A stretch of 64,000 bases of DNA from Vicugna vicugna. Its lineage: Eukaryota. Every line of letters begins with the position of its first letter. Positions within the stretch are counted from its first letter, which is position 1. Both the position numbers and the translations under genes were made by a program. Positions 25,550 through 37,400 of this stretch are shown in pieces. The notes below the pieces were generated by a model. That model was given only the letters and a program-made list of their open reading frames with translations, did no database searches and was not told the origin of the DNA. The stretch spans positions 1,755,339 through 1,819,338 of the forward strand of contig MU061538.1 in NCBI GenBank assembly GCA_013265495.1. Direction: 5' to 3'.

Positions 25550-25568
25550 GAGCGCCCTCTGGTGGCCA
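25550..25568 (-). promoter_or_regulatory. CTCF motif, near-perfect
   Basis: Minus strand reads TGGCCACCAGAGGGCGCTC, a full match to the CCASYAGRKGGCRS core with canonical flanks. Confidence 0.75.
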
Positions 25569-25664
25569 CATGGGGGAACGCTGGGCCTTACTCCCAGGAC
25601 AGGGGCCAACCCAGGCCTGACCGCCAGATAAACAGCGGAACACAAGCATCAGACACATTCGGTA

Positions 25665-25790
25665 TCTTGTAGTTGCTCACGGTGGAAAAGAACATGAAAA
25701 TGCATACATTCATATATTCAGGTATGACTGAAGCATTGTGCTGTACACCTGACACAACAAACTGACTATACCTCAATTTAAAAAAAAGTA
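25665..25790 (+). mobile_element. L1 3'-end fragment
   Basis: gtatgactgaagcattgtgctgtacacctga…aactgactatacctcaatttaaaaaaaa, typical of a laurasiatherian L1 3' terminus. Confidence 0.7.
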
Positions 25791-28700
25791 CCTTCGGAAA
25801 GAGAGCAGGGAGGCGGGGTGAGCCCCCAGGAGGCGGCGGCCTGGCGGTCCCCGCGCAGGAGCAGACAGCGCCAGCCCTTCCCAGCTCCCCTCCCCACCCA
25901 CCCGAGCGGAGACAAAGCCCGGACACCAGGGCTGCCCTCGGTGGACCAGGCCTGGGCCGGTGCCCTTAGGGCAGCTTTGTTCTGAGACATCAGTGGTCAA
26001 AGAAGGGAAAAGAGATGACGGTGCTGGAAAGGGAAGCAGCAAGTGTGGGCTTGGGAGGACTGTGGGACCACACCAGCTCATTCCTTCCCTTTGCTTAGCT
26101 GGCGCCGAGGGCCCCAGGGCTGGGAGGCCCTGCGTCTGGACCAGCTGAGCCATGTCAGAGCTGAGGGACGCGGCCAGGGGTGCGACTCGGCAAACCCTCC
26201 TGCCAGGGGCACGGTGGCTGCATCTGGAAGGAGCCGTTTCCTGGACACGTGGACCCTCATTTGGCTTCCGTGGCCTGAAACGACTTCCCACGCCTTTGGG
26301 GGAGGGGTGACCTGTGAGAAGGTTCGTAGGGGCCAGGGCCGCACATGTGGACAATGGTCTGGCGGTCCCCTCTGAGAAGCCACACGCCTCCCCTTTAAGG
26401 ACGCACAGCCCTCACCGGTAGGGGGAGCCACTGTGCTCCGCGGCTCTCCAGCTCTTTGATCTGGTGGGGGCTGGGCAGATGTTCACACCGGGCCTCCGTT
26501 CCGTCACAGGAGATGCCCCTTTAAGCTGAGAAATACTCCTGCTCAAGGCCGGAGCACTCCTGACCCACGCTCAAACCTCGCCCGGAACAGAGATGCCTGG
26601 CAGCCTTTGGGAGTTCTAGAGGTGAAGGCGTCTGATTCTCTATGAGCCCATCTCCGGGGGGCCCACCCCAGCAGGGTGGCTGAGGCCTACGTCAGCTCTA
26701 CCCTGAGGGCCCCTGGGCCGGGCGGTGCCAGAAAGCCCAGAGGGACGACAGCAGCGGCAGGAGCGACCAGCAGGGCGGCTCTTCTTCACCGGGGCCGCGC
26801 CTGCGCTGGGCGCCACTCTCAGTGGGAGAGACCATGGCTTTTGTCCAGCCACGGCATCCTCCGTGCCTACACTGGGGGCCCGAGACGCTGTAAGAGGAGT
26901 CCCCTCTCCCCAGAATCCAGGCTGGTTGGGGCGTGAGCAGAGCTGCCCCGGGGGTGACTGGGGTGGAGGAAAGAGCCCTCTCTGTCCCCTGGCCCCCCGG
27001 GCAGGGCCCTGCGCCGTCCAGACGCAGGCCCCGTGTTAGGCAAGCCCCCTTTCAGCCGTCTCTCTCTTTCAAGGGAGAAGCTGAAGAAAAACAAAGCCCT
27101 TGCAGACCACTGCTGACCCCACGTTCACAGCACCTCTTACGCTGGGGCGCGTTCTGCACGACAGCCGACCCACACACGTGCCCACGGCGAGAAGCCCGCT
27201 CAGCCCCACGCGCACAAGCGTCCCCGCGGCCAGGGCCTCCCCCTCGCTGTCTGCGACGCACTCTGCCCTCTCCCTCCGGCAGCTGACCGGCCTCAGGACA
27301 ATGGCCAGGGCTGTGGGAGAAGCTTTAAAGTGACTGCCCTGCACCCCGGGGCTCGGTCAAGAACCACACAGAGGGAGCGGGAAGGCGCCTCCTCCAGGCA
27401 GCACCAGGCTTGGCGCCACCCTCCTTGTGGGCCAGGTCTCACTGCTGCCCTAGAGCAGGACAGACCCCTCACGTCCACACCCCCGCTGGCTGCCAGCTGG
27501 CCTGGACTTCACAGCGGCTGGAGCCTGAGGAGGCAGGAAGGAAGGGGGGCAGGGATGGTGAGCACCCGGGGGACACAGGCAGCCCCAGGCACTCCAAGGC
27601 CCCCCACAGAGAGGCCCCACCCCCCAGAGTCAGAGGTGAAGACAGGGAGGTGCAGCCCCATTGGGTCTCGGCCTCTCTGAGACAGGTGATGGCCAGCTCG
27701 TCCACACCGCCAAACAGGGCCGGGTTTGAGAAACATTTTAGATAAATGTAGATTTGCTCCATTTTCCGTATTTTCCTAGTTCAACGCAAGGAGCACACTT
27801 CCATCGTGGAGAGTGAACTGATTTTTAAGTCTGCAGAGCAAAGATTCTGCCGGAGGTTGGTGGCTGGGCCCGCCCGCTGCCTGCCGCCCAGCCCCGGCGG
27901 GCTGCCCGCGGCCGCTGTGCCCGGCGCCCGCCCCGTCCGCCCGTCTCATCGCGGCCCGGCTCTGCGATTTACAGCCACCCAGGCCGCCCGCGCCGGCCCC
28001 ACCTCTGCGCCCCAGGAGCTATTTATAGGCCATGCTCAGTGTCTGTCCCGAAGGCTAGGTGTTTAGTCCAAAAAGAGGCTTTTTAGGTCAGGAAATGAGT
28101 TTAAAAATACTTTGCCTGTGAGTGTGCCAGGCGGAGGGGCGCAGCCTCCCTCATCCTGAACCTCTTCCAGGGGGACCCTCTGACCTCAGGCTGGGCTCAC
28201 CGGCCCAGCTTCCTCCAACCCCGATCCCTGGGGACAGCAGCACCCCTGGGCCCTCGCTCCCCATGGGCTGCTGGCGGCTCTCCCAGAGGCCAGGGGCCCC
28301 TCCTGTCCCTCCTGCCTGCTGTGGCCTCCAGTCCCCGCGTCCACCCCAGGGCCCGCTGCTTCCCCTCCCCACCCCAGAAGGAGCAGACACACAGGCCACC
28401 ACACACACATCTGGGTGAAGCGTTTGAGGGTGTGACTGCTGAGTGTGTGTGTGTCTGAGCGTGTGAGTTGGGACTGTGGTGTGTGTGTGTGAGAGATGGA
28501 GGGGCGGGCAGGGTGGAGGGCAAGAGGGAGTCCGAGGGGCACCGAGGGTCCTCTTGAGGGCTGGGGTGCAGGGCAGGGACCAGCCTCACTTTGCGTCAGC
28601 GCTGGCATCCCAGCCTCCGAGGGCACCGGGATTCAGGAGCAAGAGAGAAAGCTGCCTGCCTTTCTGCAGGGAGACTGCGAGCTTAGACTGTAAATGCTAA

Positions 28701-30769
28701 GCCTCGGGGGTATGACGTTTGAGTCGCTTCTTAAGCATCAAATCCCTCTCTGAGGACAGGTTCCAAGAGGAACGGAACAGGGGGAGCAGCTGGTCCTGGG
28801 ACAGGCCACATGGGGGCCCCGGGGGCACCGGAAGGGGGCGGCAAGAGGTGATGGACAGAGGGGCTGACGACACAGAAGCTGAGGGCAGCAGAGGAGAGAG
28901 GAGAGGCCAGGCCCTGGAGGCTGGGGGCCAACACCCCCACCCCAGCCCACCCTGCACATCCCTGGGTCCCCCTCTCTGTTGATGGGGACAGAGCCTCCCC
29001 GGCTCACATCCAGGCCCAGTTCCTGATCCCCACTCGCCCCCAGGAAGGCTCACTCCCCGCTGATGGGCACCCGGATGAAACCAGGGGCTCAGGCACTCCA
29101 TCGCTTGGCAGGGACTGAGCTCCCTGGGCGGGGGGCGCCGGTGCTCCTGTCCTGTCCTGGGCTCACCTCCCAGTCTGCTGGGTCCCCTGCTGATCCTGTA
29201 ACAGACAAATTCTAGGACAGACGCAGAGCGTCCCCCAGGTCACCGACTTCCCCTGCAGGATTCTCCCTCTTGGCGACAGGAAGGGGAGGGGACCAGAGTT
29301 GGCACTCCTGGGCGCCGTGGGTATGGAAACAGAGGGGTCCCTATGGATGGATGCCTTAGCCTCAGCCCCAGGAAGCCTGCTCTTAGCCAGGGCTGGGGCG
29401 CAGACTCTCTGGCTGTCGTCGGTGGGCGCTGGAGCTGGAGCCACAGGTCCCTCTCAGAGCTGCGGCCCAGGCAACGGGCTCAGCCCTCCTGTCCTCAGTG
29501 AGCGGCCACCTGCCAGGCCCCTGGGACCCGGCCTTCCTGACCTTCCTCTGGGCGAGAAGCAGGGACAGCAGGGTCTTCCTGGCACGGAGGTCCCTCCGCA
29601 GTGCCAGCTGCCCTTCCGGGGAAGGGATGATGAGACCCAGAACCACTGCAGGGACCCTGGACCCAGGCCCACTCAGCAGAGGCAGGCACGTGGGGCTCAC
29701 CCCACATGGGAAGGAGCCCCCTGAAGCCGAGGAGGACAGAAGGAAACAGCTGGCAATGTCAGACGCGGAGGGGAGGTTAACATAATTTCATATTCTCAAC
29801 CAAAAAGGGGGGTATTTCCCAAAACATGGAGGTCACCCTGAGCGGCGTCTGTATGTCGCCATGCTCTTGGCGGCCCTCGCCCCACAGGTCAGCAGCAGCC
29901 GCACACCAGGCCGCGGGCCCCGCCGCCGTCTCCCGGCCAGGGCGGCGCGCGGGAGCCTGTGGGCCAGGGAGGCGCCTCTCACCGCCCCCTCCGCACGGTC
30001 ATCAGGGCACGTGCCGTGGGCTCCACTCTCCTGCTTCAGAGCAGGCAAGAGCGCGGCCCCTGCCCTCCAGGGGCCCGGGGAGTCAGCGCACGGGCCGCAG
30101 CTGGGAGGACGGCCCGCACGCCGCCGGGGCGCAGGGCGGAGACGCGGAAGGCGTCCCTCCGGCCGCCACGGTTGGTCGGTCGCAGGGAGGCCGGGCTGGC
30201 GCTGAGCGCAGGAGTCCTGGTGTCCCTCCTAGTGGTTCCGGGAAAGCGAGGGTGGAAGCTGACGGTCATCCCCCTCCAGGATCTTCCCAACGCCGAGCGG
30301 CCCTTCCGTCTGTAAAACGAGAGGGCTGGCCCAGAACGACCATAGAGGCTGCTCTCAAGACTCCAGGTCTGCAATTGTCGGCCCTCAGGCCTCAGTGCTG
30401 TGTCTCTCCTTGACCAGGGAGGGCTCTCACCTGGGGGCACCCCGGCCCCCAACCCCGGAGAGCTACAGGTCTGCTCTGGCCATTTCTCCGCCCCGACAGG
30501 ACTTGGGCAGAGATCACCCACCTGCCGTTCCAGGCACTCAGGTCGACATCAAGCATCACCCCTCTCTCACCCGCAAACTGGAGGCAGGAGGGGAACCATC
30601 GTCTGATGCCGAGATACCTCCAAAGCCATCCTTCTAGCAGGATCTGGCTTATCTCGGCAGGCAACTCCCACCACTGCAGCCTGTAAACACTCTGCTTTGC
30701 TCAAGGTCTCAGAGGAAACCAGGCTGCTAACCCATGGTCCTGGGATTGCTGGTAGACTGGGATGAGCCC

Positions 30770-31860
30770 TGGGGCTGGATCCTTGAATTTCGCGACATGG
30801 AGGCCAGGAGCATTCTTGGCAAGAAAAGCTTTGGACAAACGTTGGGAGTCAAAAGCCAGATTGGCACGGATTCAAGAGAGGATCTCTAAAGGAGAAAACG
30901 GAGACAGCAAGAAAGGAGAACTCTCTCAGTGAGTTTTACAGACATGGGGAAACTTACGCATTAATAGCTGAAAGTTGTCACAGGGTCAAGGGAGGACGTT
31001 TTGATGGAGGCTGTCACTGCATGTTTGTTGCTCACGGGAAAGGTCCAGTACAGACCGAATTCAGGAGTGAGAAGAGATACTTGCTGGTGCCAGGTCTCTC
31101 ATTTGGGGGGGGGGAGCAGGAGGCAGCTCGGAGGCAGCAGGATGCTCACCTCTTGTCACAGGGGGACGGGCGGCCCAGGCAGATGCACGAGGCGGCGGGC
31201 TGGGAGACGTGGGGACGAGGGGGTGTGGACGTTCTCTTCTGAGTGCTTCTGTTTTAGTACTGAAATGGGAGCGGGGAGAGGCTGTTGGCGCTGTGAAGCA
31301 AGGCGACAAAATACTCCCCTGAGACGCAGAGCGTTTCCCGGCAGCCTTCGGGGCTCATCTTTGTGAAGTCGAAGTAGACCAGCCCGCGTGGCTGCCCGTC
31401 TTTCCAACCCCGGTCAGAGCTGGGATGCAAGGCTGGAGTCCTGCCAAGTGAGCGTCAAGGTGGGGAGAGAAAGCGAGGGCGTTGGAAGTGCCCCGGGGGC
31501 GGGTTACCACTCCAGGGCCAGCCGGAGGTAGTCTGCCCTGGGCGAGCAGCAGTAAAAGGAGCTGGGGCTGCGGCGTGGAGGTCCGGGACGGGTGCGGACG
31601 GGCTGGCTCCGGGGCAGCGGGCAGAGCTGGAGCCCAGGGGGTGTCCACACCGGCGAAGGTGGTACTTCCTGGCGACTGCTGGGCCGGGGACGGGGGGTGG
31701 GGGCAGCTGAGGGGGAGAGGAAGTCTAGGGACTGAGGGTCTCCATCTCAGAAAGCTCATACTGTGGCAAAGACACTCCCCAAGATTAACGACAGAAGTGA
31801 TGGTGGAGAGAAAGAAGTGTTAGGTCAGCCATCAGGGAGGAGGGGACCCTGGGGGGGTGT
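30770..31860. mobile_element. Highly decayed L2-like fragments
   Basis: Purine-rich segments such as aaagccagattggcacggattcaagagag…ggagacagcaag resemble L2. Confidence 0.4.
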
Positions 31861-34449
31861 GACCTTGGGGAGATGCGGCCACAGGCGGGCCGTGGGTGGT
31901 GGAGCACCACCTCCGGTTCTTCCAAAGATGCGGGTCTCAGGCAAGTAGCCCTGGGAGAGGGGTCCCTGGCCACGCAGAGCCTGGCACCGGGTAGGGAGTG
32001 GAAACCCAGCCCTCTGTCCAGGCCCGCGGGCTGAGGAGAGATGGAGGACTGCGGACCGGCCATCACAGAGGACGCAGGCCCACGCAGCCGGGTGGGCCTG
32101 GGCTGCGGCTCTGGCCGGGCCAGGCCCTGAGGCTGTGCCGTCCTGGCTGCGTAGCACCGAGGCTGGAGCCGGGCCCAGGAGCCCAGCATCGTGGCGGCAG
32201 CTGTGAGGTGCTCTGGCAGGCTGGTGCTCCCAGCCCGAAGCTGAGGGGCAGGGCCTCCCTGCAATCTTGGGGTCCTTGGCGCCCACTGCCCGGCCACACT
32301 AGCCACATCCACCCGAGGACCCCTCCCCACTCAGGGTCACCAGTGCTGGAGCCCCCACGGGGGTTGCAGAGCAGGGCCGCTGAACCCCCAGCCCCGGTGG
32401 GTCTGTCCTTCACCCAAACCTCTGCTCTTGGTCTCCCCTCCCCTGCCCCACCCTAATCTTGAGGCTGGGTCCACCCAGCACAGCTCAAGGCCGTGGGGTG
32501 CAGGGGCTGAGCCCGGCTTCTGCGCCCCCAGGACGCCCCAGGCCCTCCCCGCACCTCTCCATCCGCCTCGACTGCAGGCCTGCGAGGGGCCTGGATGCTG
32601 TCCTGCCCCCGTTATCACCCAGACACAAGTCTGGTGGGGACCTGGTCCGAGAACCGGAGAAGCGAGTCGGGGGAGGGGGGCCGCACCGCTGCGCAGGGTT
32701 GTGTCCTGGTTAACCGCAGAGGCCTCTCGGCCTCCCGCCCTGCCCGCCTGCCCGCCCGCAGGCGGCACCGAAGGGCCGCGAGAACCGGCACTTCCGGGCG
32801 CGGGGCCGCGGGGCCGCTGGCCCGTCGCTTCCTGACCCAGGAGCCCCGCCTCGAGGCGCACTGTTCCTGTGCTTTTCTTTCTCGGAGCCACAGTTAGGAA
32901 GCCCTGTGCTCGCCTAGAGAACTCCGGGATGACTTACTTTCCCCTTCAGACTTGACTGTAACTTTCTTCAAAATGTGGAAGGAAGCCTCTGGATAAAGGA
33001 GCCTGGCGAACGCCAGGCAAACCCGTGATGGGCACGACCAGGGCGGCGGCTGCGACAGATGCACACAGAACCTCCACGCCCCCGTCTGCGAGGGGGCTCC
33101 AGCCCCTCACACACACCCGTTCCTGCGGGCGCCCTGGGAAGACACTCCCAGAGCCCCCTCCCGGGGCGCCCGTGGGCACAAGGTGTGCAGACCCCGGACT
33201 CCACACAAGGAGCTGTTCACAAGGAATCTCCCCAGTTCAGAGGAGGCCACCTTCCGCCTGACATCTGCAGGTGCGCTCAGCTCATCTCCCAGGAACCCTC
33301 ACCCAGAGCAAGGGCCAGGCCTGAGAGAAAGAATGACTTACCCATGGAAACTGGGTTAAAATGGAAGGAAAACAGCTTTGACTTTAATCACTACGTATTT
33401 TCAGATTCTTATTTATATCTGAGAAACTGATCAGACCCACTGACCTCTGATACATCACTTCCTTCTCAGTCTGCTTCCCCCCAAACCAGCCTCTTTTCTC
33501 GCCTTCTTTCTTCCTTAAAGGACTGACTTCTCATCCTTGCCACGGGAGAGCAGTGGTCAGGATACGGGCCACCTTTAGGTCAGTCGCGTTTTTGTTCGTG
33601 AGGCAGGGGTGTGTCTGGGTGGAGCGAGGCTCCTGTAAGAAGACGGCCCCCTCCACCCCGCATGCGACCATTTTGCCAGCGTGGCTGGAAGCACAGTGGT
33701 GCCACGCGGAGAGCGGGCCTGGCTCCGCGGCGGAGCACCTGCTGTCAGAGGCGAGCCCCTCCTCACAGGTGAGAAAGGTGGTCTCCGAGGCGAAGCAGGA
33801 GTGCTGCCCGCCTGGACCTGAGGGCAGCCTGGGCCCCGGCCGGGGGCAGCCCGGCCTTGGGAGCGGGCGGGAAGCGGGTGGGGGGCACCTGGCTGCTTCT
33901 CCTCTTTTGACAATGTTTGGGGTAGGGGCATTGCCTTATTTTTTTAAGTATTTTCAAAACAGACCACGACTTATGAGCAACTTGCAGCAACACGAGGAAC
34001 CCTGAGGACCCCTAAAATGGAAAGTGGACACAGGTGTGCACAGCAGAGCCGGCCGGGAAGTCCAGGGTGAAGGCAGAAGGAAGGCCAGGCGATTGAGCGT
34101 CTCTGTGCCCGGTGTTACAGTCAGTGCCATACAAATTCCCTTTGAAAACCGTAAACAATTATTTGTGATGCTTTAAAAAGTTAAAAAGAGAATGTGAAAT
34201 CCCCTACTTCCAACAAAACACAGTGACGCTGTCTGCTTGGTCAGCTCAGACTCAGGAGGCCACGGAACGCGAGGAAGGCAAGCAGTCACCCTGACCTTCA
34301 AATGCGCCATCGACTGGCAGCTGTTGGAGGCCAAGGGCCGACCAGGGCGGGGCCCGGGGAAAGATGACCCTGTCCTCCGAGGAGCGGGCCCAGCGCTCTC
34401 GTCCCCGCGGGTGGGACGTGGCGGGAGAAAATAAAAGCTACAGAACAGA

Positions 34450-37400
34450 AGTGGAAACAAGAAGATGTTTTATTAACACGTCTTTCAATTACAACACAGT
34501 CCAAAGCACAGCTTTCAGCACGGAATCACACACATGATACACACAAGAGTACATTTGTTCATGTCCTGTAACATGTCACAAGTGCGCTTCACAAATGTTC
34601 CTGAGGGCGCTGTCACAGTGATTAGAGCAAAGGGAAGAGCGGGGAACACAAGGCACAGCGCTTCCCGCACACGTACGCGGCGTGTGTTTGGCAGAAAACA
34701 GGAGTAGGTCAACCCAGCAGAGAGCAATTCACCATCTCCCACTTCTGAACTCGCAACGCACCGCCCACAAACCGCGTGGACTCCAGTCAGGGCGCCTAGC
34801 ACTAAGGTTAGGAAGGTCACAGTCAGCCAGCGCAACAAGGTCAAACGGGCCGGCGCGTCCCAGCGCAGTAAGGCCTGCGCTAGCCTGAACTCACGCAAGG
34901 GAGCTCCTGCAAAAGGAAGGTGAGAACAGAGGGCGGTTAGAGGCTGCGGGACGCTGCTCCCACGGAGCGCCACTCCTGGGCAGACTGCAAAACAACAGAG
35001 TCCAGATGTCACTGTCGCCAACCAAAGGCCTGGAGGGACAAACCAGCGGTAAAACCTGTCAAGGCAAAGGCTTAGATGCAACCGCGCTGTGGCCGCGGCA
35101 CAGACCTGACACCGGCAGCCCCGAGTGCAGCTGTGAATGTTGACGCTGGACAGAGCAGCTGGAGCAGCCATCACTGCCCCAGGAGGAGTGGGAGGAGAGA
35201 AGGGACCCCAGGGAAGGACGGGGGAAGAAGGCAGGCCTCTGGGGACGGGAGGGACCCAACGACGGGGGCGGGGGGGCGGGGGGAGGTGCGTGGGGAAGGC
35301 CCAGGGAAGGAAGGAGGGTGTGGGAGCCGGGCTGGCGGCCCAGCCACTCAGCAGCAGGAGCAGGACGGGGCTGGGAACGCCCAGCAAAGGGAACTAGCTC
35401 CAAAATGAAAAAGGAAAAAATCAGATTTTGGACCATGTTGCTGGTGAACCTGAAAATTAAACAGCGGGATGAAAGCCTCAGAGTTAAAATCCTCACAGAG
35501 GAAAAACAATTCTGGATCCCATGCCTGTGAAAAGCAAAGCTGAATCATAAAAACAAGCGATTATTGGCTCTTCAGTCAACAGTATGAACGTGTTGTGCAC
35601 GTGTTATTTTAAAAACCTAGAATTATATACTCTGAGACGGCACTGCGGGTGCATGAAATTTAAACAGTCCTTCACAAATCACGTTCCACTACGTGCCCTT
35701 AAATGAAAAAGAGTTTAAAAGAAAATCACGCTGAAAGAAGGTTAAGAGACCCACGTCCCAGAGTCTACTAAACCACTACATACAGAATGTATTAAAGCAG
35801 GACAGCTGTCTGTCCACTCAGTGGAAAATACTAAAAGTTAAAAACTACATGATGTTTCCTTTTTAAAGGGCCTATATTCTTCTACATACCTTCCAAAATT
35901 AGTGAAATAAAACACAGCAGAACACCCACATGAAGACCTTTTTACATTTTTGTCTATTGGAAGTAAAAGAAAGTAGCAACTTTTCAATAAAAACACCCGT
36001 CCTGCCTGCCCATCTTCTTAACGGGAAGATTTCCTACCAAAACATGGCACAGAAAAGAGAGTTAAGGTTTTTTAAACATTCTCCAGAAAGGGCAGGTTAC
36101 ACGTGTAAACCAATGGTCCTTCCCAGCCACACGCTGCAGAAGAAGGTACCCCTGGGATCCAATATGAATCAGTGAGTTTTGTTTGGTTTTAGCACGTAAA
36201 ACCACGGGCACTTCAAAATGAGGAAAATTAAGTAGGTTGCAAAAAAACCTTACACAAAATCCTTAGGATTCAGGAGTAGATCAAGGCTGACCGCCTTCGG
36301 GGAGTTCATAGTCACCAACGTCCAAAGCAACACTTGACTCAGTTTTAAAAACAGTTGGAAGGTTAACTGAAATGCTCATTAAATACAGTAAAATCGCTAA
36401 ACTTTCCCTCTAACCGGTGTGAGCGCCTGCGTCTCCTCCGTGGGGGGTGGGAGGTATCGACACCCCCTCCCTCTGCTAATTAAGGTTAATCCCCTTGAGA
36501 AAACTGTCACTTAAAAACCTGTGAAGAATCAACAATACCTTTCAGCCCCCCACCCCTACACAAACAAAGGACGAGGTGCAGGGCTGTGGTGGGGCTGCGG
36601 GGGCGGCGCTCGCCTGCCTGAAGTGAAGCAGCTCTACCCTGCGGACAGACACGGCCGGCCGGCCGGCCGGCCCGAAGCCACCTGCCGAGGGCAACAGGCC
36701 CTACGTGGTTCTGGACCACCGGGCACGCTGTCTTTCTGGGAAGCTAAGGGAGGGAAGCAAGGGGGGCTCGAGGGCTCCACAGCCCCCCGGAACAGCCCCG
36801 GGTGCTCTGCACACAGGCCGCCACCAAAACCTGACTTCTCTGTAGGGTCCCTGTCAGTCACAAGCACACTGAGCTTACCTTCAGTTAAACAACAAAGAAA
36901 TAAAATTCAAAACAAAAAACAAAAACAAAAAACGGAACAAAACAAAAACCACAAGCCAAAAGAAAAAAAAAAAAGAAAGGAAGTGTTCGGTTCCCAACAC
37001 AAAGCCGGCCTCGGGTCTCATCCGCCCTCCGCACCAGCTGCGGGGCCTCCTCTGTCTGAGGTCCGCGCTCCACCGGGCCCCCATCCTCTGGCCAGCGGCG
37101 TCCCGCAGACATCTACCGAGGCCACCGTGTGCCCACCCGCCCGCGTGCTTCTCCACTGGGCCGCTGACTGCCCTCCGGAGCCAGCGCGCTGAGGGCAGCT
37201 CGCTACCGACACCAACTCCTGGCACCCCCTTCGCTCTCCACCACCGCTCCTCGCCCACCTCCACCGCTCCTTCCCCTTCACCCTGGACAACTCTCCCAGC
37301 CTCCTTCCAGCAACAAGGCCTACTTGCATAATTCAGCAAAATGCTCTTTAAAAAAAGACCCCTCGGTGCAGGATCTAAGCTGTCACCATGCAAACACGCT

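Noticed and set aside
34515..35387. 290-aa minus-strand ORF
   Set aside because: Lies in the GC-rich RBM33 3'UTR, has a non-ATG start and shows no domain features.
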